Assembly: GCF_964204645.1 (NCBI RefSeq)
Contig: NC_134030.1
Coordinates: 3,886,778-3,950,777 of the forward strand
DNA: 64,000 nt
From: Tubulanus polymorphus
Lineage: Eukaryota > Animalia > Nemertea
Direction of reading: 5' to 3'
How positions within the stretch are numbered: position 1 is the stretch's first letter; each line of letters opens with the position of its first letter. The position numbers were made by a program, and so were the translations under genes. A model generated the notes under the pieces. The model was not told where the DNA came from. It was given only the letters and a program-made list of their open reading frames with translations, and searched no databases. Positions 11,678 through 22,789 of this stretch are shown here, piece after piece.

Positions 11678-13365
11678 TATTCAAAAGAGCTATCCATTGA
11701 TAGCTTTGTGGTGGTTGTATCATTAAAATGGCGCTGGTGTTGAGTCTGTGTACATATTGTAATATATGTCGGTGAATTGGGATTGATTATTTTGTTTCCT
11801 GATCGTCCTTATTGCGACTTTACGTTTTAAATGTATGAATATTCAAAAGAGCTATCCATTGATAGCTTTGTGGTGGTTGCATCTTTGAAATGTCGTTGGT
11901 GTTGGTTCTGTGTACATATTGTATCATATGTCGCTGAATTATGATTGATTATTTTGTTTCCTGATCGTCCTTATTGCGACTTTACGTTTTAAATGTATAA
12001 ATATTCAAAGGAGCTATCCATTGATAGCTTTGTGGTGGTTGTATCTTTGAAATGTCGCTGGTGTTGGTTCTCTATATATTGAATCATATGTCGCTGAATT
12101 ATGATTGTTTCTGCTTCCCGATTGTCCTCATTAGGACTTAATGTTTAGAATTTGAAAATATTGAAAAGAGTTATCCATTGATAGCTTTGTGGTGGTTGTA
12201 TCTTTCAAATGTCGCTGGTGTTGGTTCAGTGTATATATTTTAATATATGTCGGTGAATTGGGATTGATTATTTTGTTTCCTGATCGTCCTATAACGACTT
12301 AATGTTTTAAATGTATAAATATTCAAAAGAGCTATCCATTGATAGCTTTGTGGTGGTTTGCATCTTTGAAATGTCGCTGGTGTTGGTTCTGTATATATTG
12401 AATCATATGTCGCTGAATTATGATTGATTCTGTTTCCTGATCGTCCTTACAACGATTTAAAGTTTTGAATGTATAAATATTCAAAGCAGCTATCCATCGA
12501 TAGCTTTGTGGTGGTTGTATCATTGAAATGTCGTTGGTGTTGGTTCTGTGTACATATTGTATCATATGTAGCTGAATTTTGATTGATTCTTTTTCCTGAT
12601 CATCCTTATAACGACTTAAAGTTTTAAATGTATAAATACTCAAATCAGCTATCCATCGATAGCTTTGTGGTGGTTGTATCATTGAAATGTCGCTGGTGTT
12701 GGTTCAATGTATATATTGTAATATATGTCGGTGAATTGGGATTGATTATTTTGTTTCCTGATCGTCCTTATTGCGACTTTACGTTTTAAATGTATGAATA
12801 TTCAAAAGAGCTATCCATTGATAGCTTTGTGGTGGTTGTATCATTGAAATGTCGCTGGTGTTGGTTCTGTGTACATATTGTATCATATGTCGCTGAATTA
12901 TGATTGATTCTGTTTCCTGATCGTCCTTATAACGACTTAAAGTTTTAAATGTATAAATATTCAAAGGAGCTATCCATCGATAATTTTTTGGTGGTTGTAT
13001 CTTTGAAATGTCGCTGGTGTTGGTTCAGTGTATATATTGTAATATATGTCGATTAATTGGGATTGATTATTTTGTTTTCTGATCGTCCTTATTGCGACTT
13101 TACGTTTTAAATGTATAAATATTCAAGGTGCTATCCATTGATAGCTTTGTCGTGGTTGCATCTTTGAAATGTCGTTGGTGTTGGTTCTGTGTACATATTG
13201 TATCATATGTCGCTGAATTACGATTGATTCTGCTTCCCGAATGTCCTCATTACGACTTAACGTTTAGATTGTAAAAATATTCAGAAGAGCTATCCATTGA
13301 TAGTTCTGTGGTGGTTGAATCTTTGAAATATCGCTGGTGTTGGTTCTGTGTATATATGGTATCAG
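11678..13365 (+). repeat. ~162-bp tandem satellite, ~10 units
   Basis: Monomer begins ATTCAAAAGAGCTATCCATTGATAGCTTTGTGGTGGTTG, with period ~160-163. Confidence 0.95.
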
Positions 13366-14183
13366 CAAATTATCATTACATACGGAGTTGCGTTTTAAGA
13401 TTGTTATATTCAAAGATGCTATTGTTTGATAGCTTAACTTTGGTTCTTTGCACCTGAAGGTTGTCAGGTGTTATTAGAAAACACTAATAGTGGGGTTGAA
13501 TTAAGTTACTGCTTTCATTAGGCAGTCAAAGAAATTGTCCAAAAAGACCAATGAGGTTAAATTACATTGCTGCGTTATATCATGACTCAACTCATCTTCG
13601 TCGCTGACTGAGTGACCCTTTTTCTCTTGCGGAGGCCACCTTGTTTTACCGCAAGAATTCTGGTCCACGCTAACAAAGCTGAATATCGTTCAAGTCTTTG
13701 GGATGACACCCCCTTGAACAACTATCAGCTGGATTCTCCTTTTCTGGATACATGTTAACTGATATTCAATTTTTATCATTTTCTTCTTGCAAAAGTTCTT
13801 AATCAATATATAGGTGTAAAAGAATAATAGGTATGACAGAGTATAAAAGAATACTAGATATAAAAGAATGATGTAAAATAATTATAATGTCCTTTGAACT
13901 TTACATGTCAACTAAACAGTATTGGAAATACTGCTGCCTGTTAATTACTACATTCTGTTTTAAGGGTGATGATTAAAATTTGGATGAATCATTACTTTGT
14001 TCAGTAGATGCGTTAGATAGCCCTTGAAGCAGCTAAACTGGGTCAGAGTGTTTTATCAATGCTGATAAACTCTAAACCTGAGTTAATAAAGCTTCAAAAC
14101 ATTGCAGCCAATTCTTTAAAAGTCTTGTCCATTATAGACTTAAAAGTGAAGATCGATCATCATAAACACCGGTGAAAACAATT

Positions 14184-14262
14184 GACGTCTCACTTAGCAC
14201 CTGACGTCTCACTTTGCACCTGATGTCTCACTTTGCACCTGATGTCTCACTTTGCACTGATG
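14184..14262 (+). repeat. 19-bp minisatellite x4 (TGACGTCTCACTTTGCACC)
   Basis: Direct tandem repeats; also at ~48176-48254. Confidence 0.85.
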
Positions 14263-14559
14263 CATCCATGCACTAACGCAATTGCATGAAATGGCACTAA
14301 ATACATAAAGACACACAGATTGTGTTTATGTATTTTTCAGGGTATACACATGCACACCCGCGGGTCCATGTAGCGTGCTATCTTTCTTTGTTCGTGTGTG
14401 GAAATAATTTGTGATAAGATTAAACACCCATTTTGTAGAGAAAAATGTGAAAGGTTAATGATTAATTGTAAAAGTGGTAGAAATTAAATGTGAAAATATC
14501 AATGTCTGAAATAATATAGTGAAGATTAAGTCGCAGTGATTATAGAGAGATTGTCGTGT

Positions 14560-16555
14560 CAGATCAACCAGATCAGTTGTACTGAGTTATCTCCCTCAAA
14601 GTCAGGAGCAACGTGACAAAGAGTCACAGTGAAAGTTAACAGTTCCAGAGGAACATCGAGTCATGAGTCTGAACTGACTATAAATCAGGTATGATATTGA
14701 AATTGTATAAATCAATTTTCAAAGTCTCAAAATTGAAAATTATTCATATTTTGTGTTTTCTTGTAGCAAATATTGAGAGGTCCACAGAACTGAGTCACCA
14801 GAGATGAGACAATCACCAGCCATCCGTTAGATGAATGTCGCCACTGAGATCAGTGGTACTGATTCATCTCCGTCAAAGTCAGCAAAAAAGTTACAGTCGC
14901 AAAGGAAAGTTAACAGTTCCAGAGGAACGTCGAGTCATTAGTCTGAACTGACTATAAATCAGGTATGATATTGAAATTATAGGGATCAATTTTCAATGTC
15001 TCAAAATTAAGAATTATTCATGTTTTGTGTTTTCTTGTAGCAAATATTGACGAATAAAGTGTCACCAGAGATGAGACAATCACCAGGCATCAGTTAGATG
15101 AATGTCACCACTCAGATCAGTAGTAGTGAGTAATCTCCGTCAAAGTAGGGAACAAAGTTACTGAGTCACGAGGAAAGTTAACAGTTCCAACGGAACGTCG
15201 AGTCATTAGTCTGAACTGACTATAAATCAGGTATGTTAAGATACAGATAACATTGATTTCTTGTTTTAGGAAAAGTCCCAAACATTATGATGGTTTGTTA
15301 CATGTTTTCTTATAGCAAATCGTTAGACACGCAATACCAGAGGAATGATCAGTCATTGAACAGACTATAAGTCAGTCATAAAAATGAAAATTACTCATAT
15401 TTTTTGTTTTCTTGTAGCAAATGTGGAAAGGTTTACCGCAGAACTGATTGTCACCAGAGATGAGACAATCACCGGGCATCAGTTAGATGAATGTCACCAC
15501 TGAGATCAGTAGTACTGAGTCAACTGCCTCAGTCAATCTGCAAAGTAGAGTCACAAAGTTAACAGTTGCAAAGAAACGTCGAGTCATTAGTCTGAACTGA
15601 CTATAAATCAGGTATGATATTGAAAATTACATCAATTTTCAAGTCTTACATTATTCAAAATTATTCATATTTTGAGTTTTCCTGTTGTAATAAGGAAATA
15701 TCTAGAGATGGTATGTTACTACAAGATGGAAAAATACCTGCAGGGATTTACATGAATATTCCTTAGTTGAAAGGATGAAAGAATGGATGAGTCATGAATC
15801 TGAATTGACTATAAATCAGGTATATATTGTAATAGATAGATTAATTTTATTGATTTAGTGATTGTTGAAACTATCCTTTAAAGTTCGTTGTTTGATTGTC
15901 TTGTAGGTGAAAATATGTGAAACATCTAATTAAACACGATGTTGGCTTTGATATTCAGATGGCATCTGTTGACCATTTGAGAATACCTGCGTTGCTGGAA
16001 CTTGTAGAACACTAATGCGTTGCTGGAACTTGGAACTCTAATGCGTTGCTGGAACTTGGAGAACACTAATGTGTTGCTGGAACTTGGAACTGTAATGCGT
16101 TGCTGGAACTTGGAGAACTCTAGTGCGTTGCTGGAACTTGAAGAACTCTAATGCATTGCTGGAACTTGGAGAACTCGAATGCGTTGCTGGAACTTGGAGA
16201 ACACTAATGCGTTGCTGGAACTTGGAGAACTCTAATGCGTTGCTGGAACTTGGAACTCTAATGCGTTGCTGGAACTTGGAGAACACTTATGTGTCACTGG
16301 AACTTGGAACTCCAATGCGTTGCTGGAACTTGGAGAACTCGAATGCGTTGCTGGAACTTGGAGAACTCTAATGCGTTGCTGGAACTTGGAGAACTCTAAT
16401 GTGTTGCTGGAACTTGGAGAACTCTAATGTGTTGCTCGAACTTGGAGAACTCTAATGCATGTTAAGACTTGGAGAATTATTGTCTGGGTGCAACTGACCC
16501 TGTATGTGAACATGTGTGTTCAATTTGAATTTTATTTTAATTTAAATAAAACAAG
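14560..16555 (+). ncRNA. Candidate spliced non-coding transcript or pseudogene built from ~270-bp repeated exon+intron modules, ending in a minisatellite exon
   Basis: Repeated GACTATAAATCAG|GTATGA-type donors at 14689, 14963, 15231, 15612, 15820 and TTTTCTTGTAG-type acceptors at 14766, 15040, 15315, 15417, 15906. Introns are 78-87 nt. The 14767 exon has stops in all three frames. AATAAA at ~16545. Confidence 0.5.
15990..16470 (+). repeat. 26/28-bp minisatellite (GCGTTGCTGGAACTTGGAGAACTCTAAT)
   Basis: Direct tandem repeats; copy 2 at ~49983-50570 is longer. Confidence 0.95.
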
Positions 16556-17523
16556 TTAGAATATCTTTGATTGTTTCTAAAGAGTATTTGATGTTGTTTT
16601 GAGGTGGAACTGAAATGCAGCAGTCAGTTCCGTAGTGTGTTTGAATATTGACATAACATGATGACTGACCTTGATTTATTTGTGTTGACTTCTGTCAGTG
16701 TTTGTTAATTACGACTGTTTTAATTCATTTGTTATTGCAAATACATATTTATTTCAATAAAATGGCATGAGGATCTGTAGAGGAGCCGAGTCAACCTGGT
16801 GTTGAATAAGTAAAACGAGGTGGTTAGTACTTTATAGGTGTGACTTGTGTATTTGAAGTACAGGTACGAGCTTTTAGATTTATTGATTGCATGGTGTTTA
16901 AATGTTTAAATAAATTATATTGATTTTATGGTGTTTGATAATTGGTTGAAGTCTTTGTTTACTTATGTTTACTTATATGATACATGTACGTATTGAACTA
17001 TTGATCACAACTACTGATCTATTCGTGGTTTAGTTGTTCGCTACAAATTGTTTTGTGGTTCTGTAATCTACAGTAGACTCGGCTCTTGACTCGAATTACA
17101 TTAATCAAGTATAGTATCACATTGACTCGACTCTCCCTCTCTCTCTCCTCAACTGACTTGTTTGAATGGATTTAAGTTAGAACTCGGGCTACTCATGGAC
17201 ATGTAAACTAGTTAAAGTCCAGATTGTATTTACACTTTTATAAAGTGTAATGAGAGATAACTTCAGTAAACCTTACAGTCTTACTCGGACTTTCACTTCA
17301 ATTCGTGCCAATCTTGGTCTCAGTTCGTCCCAGTAAGGGTGAGCCGGTTTACTGTAGTGTTTGTCACCTTACCCCAGACCTGCTGGATTACAATCTTATT
17401 TAAAGATGAATATTATAGACAGCAGATTGATACAGTTTTATTTTACAAACAGAAGATGTGTTAGAAATAAACTAATCTAATAGAGGTTCATAGTATACTG
17501 CGAGATGAGTTGATCCCTACACT

Positions 17524-17670
17524 GTACAGAGGTGTCCCGGGTTCGAATCCAGTAATAAATGACGCTGATTCAGAGTGGTCCTGATGCTGAATAGAAGATG
17601 TACAGGGATGTCCTGGGTTCGAACCCAGTAATCATCGACACTGATTCAGAATGGCCCTGATGCTGAATAA
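17524..17670 (+). repeat. Two ~75-bp tandem units, each with a Pol III B-box (GGTTCGAATCC/GGTTCGAACCC); tRNA/SINE-derived fragment
   Basis: GTACAGAGGTGTCCCGGGTTCGAATCCAGTAAT... is duplicated; also at ~51628-51775. Confidence 0.55.
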
Positions 17671-20180
17671 GGGATCTATTTAATTGTTTTTGCGACCTCG
17701 CACAAATCTTAGCGCGCAAAAATTTGTTTTTTCTCGTGGAGGATGAAAAAATATCCGTATTTCCCGATCAGCCACCAGAGTTGTTCTAGAAGAACATGGC
17801 TGATTATTCCAAGCGAATAACTTTCCTTTTCGACTTGATTAACAACCAACAATCATTACTCACTTAATATTGAATGTAAACATTGCATTAACCTTGGGAT
17901 TAACGAACTTGTCGTCGAAGCGTTCGTTATCGCGCAGATAACTTAACAGTACAACATTAATCTGACGACATAAAACTGTCAAACTCGCGAATTACAGGAC
18001 AGTGAAGAATTATGACACGGGATTAATTGTATACAACATACGTCACAGGACGGAATAATACAGCGATATTGTACGTGTCCTTTTATTCATAATTCATCGT
18101 AAACTACTCGCATCCCTTCTCGTATTCAGAAACAAACATTGATTATTATCATATCGACCGGCTTATAAATTGCGACTGTTTCTCCTCGGAGATACTATTC
18201 CTGTCCCAGTGGCTTAATTTCACAAGACTGTACAACTGCCGATTGTCATCAATCGCCGTCTCGATCGGCACAGTTGTTTCCGGGTCAGCGAACGCTTACT
18301 ATTTAATTTGGCAAAATCTGTCTCTGGATTCGATTGAGAACTCGAAAAGAAAATAAATTAGTGAAAATTGTTACATCGACGCAAAATTTGAATTTATCGG
18401 TTCGGAAACATCGTAATCCGGCTTTTATGACTCGAAACTATCTACTAGCCTTAATAAACATATATCATTTAATGCCCCCCGATGAAAAAAGCCGCTCTCC
18501 GGCCGAATAAAGCAATTTGCTACAGTGCGACGAGCTGCTCAATTTGGCGACAGGATTATCGACAACTCGTCTCAAATCATGGGAAGCAATATTTCCCTGA
18601 GGAGTATGCGATCAACTGACAGCGTTCTCATTTCAGCATAGTGATCCGTTTAAAACGTATAATATCGTTAGCTACTTCTACGATACATACGCTAATTATA
18701 TACTTAATGCTTTCGATCATATTGAATTCCATCTGTCAAGACGAACAACGAAACAGTTAAAACGGCTCTCATATTGTTGACGTGTTAGAAAAATAAAGAA
18801 CCGAACGATATTTTGTGATGATCTGGTTTTCAGAAATCAAGAGAAGATATTTCGCAATTAACACAGTTTTCTAAAAACAGATATCATCCCTATAAACTAC
18901 AAGTTTATTAGCGATGAGATTTCATATCAAAATCTGCAATAAAAAATCCAGGCCAAATATATGTACCCGATACGGGTGGATAAGAGTAGATACATTTCCC
19001 ATGATATTGTACTTGGGGGGAAATGTAGGCTACGTCGAGAGCGTGTCCATTTTATAGGAACGGTCGTATCTGAATCTGTCCAAATGTGGTATTATAGCGA
19101 ACATGACTGATTGCTGCTGAATTAAACTTTCGGGTTTATATGTGGAACTGACCTTTAAAACTCGCCCTGAATTATAGTAAATGAAATCCGTCTGTCAGAG
19201 ACACATGTAATCATCAACCCGAGTACAACATTGTCTCCATTTGAATTGTATTTCCCGCAGAAATCAATTCCTAGATCCGATTATCAGATTGTTAATGAGC
19301 TATGAATATTATATTGGAAGGGTTGCGTTGCCATTTCACTCGCGTTTATAGTGTTATATCATCGTATGTCGGGATTGATTTCCGAACTGGGTTCGATGCG
19401 GCCTTCTTGTAAAGCACCTCTCACACGGTCCATAAATTGGGTGGAGGGAAGAAAATCACATTTTAAGTACATCCAAATTTTATTTCAACGTCAAATTCCA
19501 TGGGTTACATATCGTACAATTAAAGAAACAACGCATAAATGATATAGACGACAGACTTGGCTCGTATTGTAACTTCATTGTTTCTTTTTGAATTCTATGA
19601 TCAATCCCGATTGATAGGTTACCTCGAAAATCAGGTTTTTTACATTGAGTTCGGAGATGTTTAAGCATTCTCCGATAGCAGTTGAAAACTCCATCGACTG
19701 TTTCTAGATTACTCGCGTGCCACAGTATGAAAGTCGAACCACCGAGTTAGTTCACAAATTCACTTCTTGATATGCATAGGGGCACCACCCGACAATAGGT
19801 AAAGACTACTGACAGGAATCACAGGGGCCTGACACAATAGGTATCCTCGAGTGGGAGCCACCACTGGGTTTACTCACTCACAATACGGGGCTGTTGTTTT
19901 TTGTCCCTTCAAAGTAGAAATTATACCCTCCGAAACTTTATCATCTGGAGGGTTCTTAAACATTTCTGTCGGACCAAAATTCGTGTTTCAACATGGGCCA
20001 GTTCACACCATCTATTTTCCTAAATTAGAGATCAAGTAAATCATTTCACATAACAATTAATATCATGAATTAGGCCTACCCCTCATTACAATCTGAAATA
20101 TAAAAAAAGAAACACTCTCGAGGTGAACTATCTAGTCCCGTTAAGAAAAAAAATTGCCAGCCAAATGTATGGTTTATTCT

Positions 20181-20263
20181 AGCGGGATTCGAAACTGCGA
20201 CCTCTAGCAATAAGCAGGGGAAGCTAACAAGGCAAGCGTGCTAACCACTGGGCCATAGATCTC
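20181..20263 (-). mobile_element. tRNA-derived SINE head / tRNA pseudogene (copy 2: 54291-54373)
   Basis: Minus strand GAGATCTATGGCCCAGTGGTTAGCACGCTTGCCTTGTTAGC...GAGGTCGCAGTTTCGAATCCCGCT has an A-box (TGGCCCAGTGG) and a B-box-like GTTTCGAATCC. The acceptor stem does not close. Confidence 0.6.
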
Positions 20264-20492
20264 AGGTAATCTGTCCGGATTGTAAATTTGCCTGCTATGT
20301 GATTTTGTATGTCTCTGCTTAAAATCGACAATTTTCAGAGTAAATCGTAGACAGTTTTTAAACGGATGAGTTAACCGGGGTAAACTGAAGACACACCACG
20401 ATGAGCATTAATTGAATTTGCGTGGTTTCGAACCAAATGAAATTTTTATGTGGTATTGATGAGGTTCGAATCCCATCAGGAAAGGATTTTCT

Positions 20493-20603
20493 TGACGTGG
20501 CGGGAATATTAGTACTTTTCATTGGTCAGGATCAGTGACGTCACACTGTCAGTATAAATACTCAGGTCAGCTGATCCCTCCTTCCAGTTCGGCCATCTTT
20601 CAG
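20493..20603 (+). promoter_or_regulatory. Pol II core/proximal promoter and short non-coding exon 1
   Basis: TGACGTGG (20493, UPRE-type), ATTGG inverted CCAAT (20521), TGACGTCA CRE (20536), TATAAATA (20553), Inr-like CCAGTT (20584), GCCATCTT YY1-like (20592), donor CAG|GTAAGC (20604). Confidence 0.8.
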
Positions 20604-21342
20604 GTAAGCAAACGTCGTCCATTTTATTTATTTCTTTCGATCAAATCTATTTATTAATCTTACTTGTAAATTTCATACATAGACCTTAGGTTTCGCATAC
20701 GGTTTTGTTTAAGACAATTTCAAAAGTTCCGAAAGTTCGGATTATATCATATACGTGTTTAATTATGACATTTCCATTGTGATGTTCTTTTTGCTCAAAA
20801 TTGTCCAAATCGTATTTTTAATATTTAGAAGTAAATTACAACATTTGACTTTCATTTTCGTTCTCGTAAAAATGAAGACGTTATTGTGATTTTATTGAGG
20901 AATTTTATTTAATTTATTTATGAAATTTTCGGAAGCAGTTATTCTGCTGTTCAAATCTACGCGCTAATGCGGCTAGTTGACATGCCTAGGTGTAATACAC
21001 AGACCGCTCAGTCTATTCAACCATGACTCGAATCCATAGAAACCTTTTATTCGAAGCGTCGTTCAACTTAATTCTGGTGGCTTCTATATTTAATATTTAG
21101 AAAATAATGATGCCCAATAATTTAATGTTATTATTATCTAATGCAAACTCGAGTTAGCTATTTCTTAGAATCAATAATTTTCGATTTTCTTGATTTTTAT
21201 AACATTATTGTTTTTACATTGCAGCAGCAGCAGCAGTGACAGCAGCAGTACAAGACAAACATTGATACCAGCAAATTTATTACAACTTCAACTTAAACTT
21301 TAAACGAATTCAACTTCTACTTCAGCAGCAAGCAACACGACC

Positions 21343-21442
21343 ATGTCTTCAAAATATGACATTTTTTCCGGATTGTTAAAGGTAGTGCGCGCCGAGGTCC
21401 TGACACTCGACCCTGTATCCCTCGGCGCGTTTTGTGATTTGA
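21343..21442 (+). CDS. Coding part of exon 2 of a predicted 282-aa protein (MSSKYDIFSGLLKVVRAEVLTLDPVSLGAFCDL-)
   Basis: Acceptor TTTTTACATTGCAG (21224), ACC-ATG Kozak context, donor GA|GTAAGT at 21443 in phase 1, which matches the 31250 exon. Confidence 0.7.
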
Positions 21443-22044
21443 GTAAGTACAAACTCTACTTCATCAAATTCTCGATTATTTTTAGTGACAAGCATCTAAA
21501 ATTATTTGATTTCCAACATCTGAAATTGTTTGATCTCAAATTCACAATTATTTTATCTCAAATCTCCGCATTATTGGATACTAAATTTCAAATTGTCTCA
21601 ATCTTCTATCATCAAATGTCAATTTCTTTCAATCCACTTTTTAATTTCGGAAAACTCAATTTATGTCTCACACTGATTTCATTTCAATTTATTTTGAAAA
21701 TATCATTTTATGTTTCTAGTCTTTTATTCTTTTTCAAATTACTCGACTTAAACTCAATTTAATTTGCTAATAATTCTAATGGTGAATAATTGAATAATTT
21801 TAATTGAATTGAATTGAATAGTGAGTAGAGGTTCTGGTGGATGAGAATGAACTTGAGGAAGTAACTTCATTTCCTGGTTCCTGGTTTTCAAATATCGTCG
21901 AAATTGTGAAATATTCATCATGTTTTTCATATGCAATGCTGTATCCAGTCAATAGAGATAAGTTACAACATAAACAGTTCAAACTAGGCCTCCAGACCAA
22001 TGCACTTCATGGAAAATCCTGATTTATATGTTTAATAAATCAAG

Positions 22045-22285
22045 TAACTGGACTGCGCGGTTCAGTCCATTTTAGTCAGTAAGTAAGCAGACTGCAGTTT
22101 AGTCCACATTTTAATCAGTAACTGGACTGCGGTGTAGTCAATATTTTAGTCAATAACTGGACTGCGCTGTAGTCCATCGTTTAGTCAATAACTGGACTGC
22201 GGTTTTGTCGATAGTTTAGTCAATAACTAGACTGCAGTTTAGACTGCTGTTCAGGAACCGGACAGCTGTTTAGTCCGTATCCAGA
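22045..22285 (+). repeat. Degenerate ~40-bp repeats (TAACTGGACTGCGGTTTAGTCCA), palindromic
   Basis: TGGACT...AGTCCA arms; related motifs at ~25075-25125 and ~28460-28510. Confidence 0.7.
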
Positions 22286-22789
22286 TAACCGTCACATTAT
22301 GGGACCAACTTTTTAGATACCGCTAAAAAGTAGCACTAGTATTTACGGTACTTTCGTTTTTCTCTGCGACTCCAGGATCCAACAACATGTGATTTTCTTT
22401 TTATTAATCATTGATCAAACGTCAGGAAATTCAGGATCACTTTTTTAATTAATTGGTTAAACTTCATTCTTCGTATCTCTAGGTAGTTGCTCGCGACAGT
22501 TTGAGATCCCGAGATTATGGCTGGAAGGAGGTATATCTCACGACTGCTATCATGAGCTTATCTGCGAACTAGTCTCAAGCCGCACCCACTCAATGTTTAT
22601 TTTAGATCTAAACTAGGATATGATGTTTGATACGAATGTCTTTCACTAGCTCGGCTCATAGTCCGAATCTTCATCGTCTATTTGTTGGCGAATCCTAAAT
22701 ATTGCGGCCTTGCGGTAAATAGAGTTTAAACACGATTTATTTCTAACGGATTCATTATTACGGTCAATGGTTGCCGCCTCGTTCTGAGT

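Noticed and set aside
12332-12964. Minus-strand repeat ORFs in the 162-bp satellite
   Set aside because: The period is divisible by three, and the frame is lost in neighbouring monomers.
15990-16470. 28-bp repeats as a CRISPR array or as short ORFs
   Set aside because: These are contiguous tandem repeats without unique spacers; mixed 26/28-bp periods break any frame.
20181-20263. Functional tRNA gene
   Set aside because: The acceptor and anticodon stems do not pair; it is better read as a SINE head or pseudogene.
21380-21410. Antizyme-like +1 frameshift site (TCC TGA) beside a hairpin
   Set aside because: TCC-TGA is not in the ATG frame, is preceded by an in-frame TAG, and there is no antizyme similarity.
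21443-21762. Unspliced 139-aa ORF continuation
   Set aside because: After the GTAAGT donor the sequence is T-rich and intron-like, and the stop position differs between copies.
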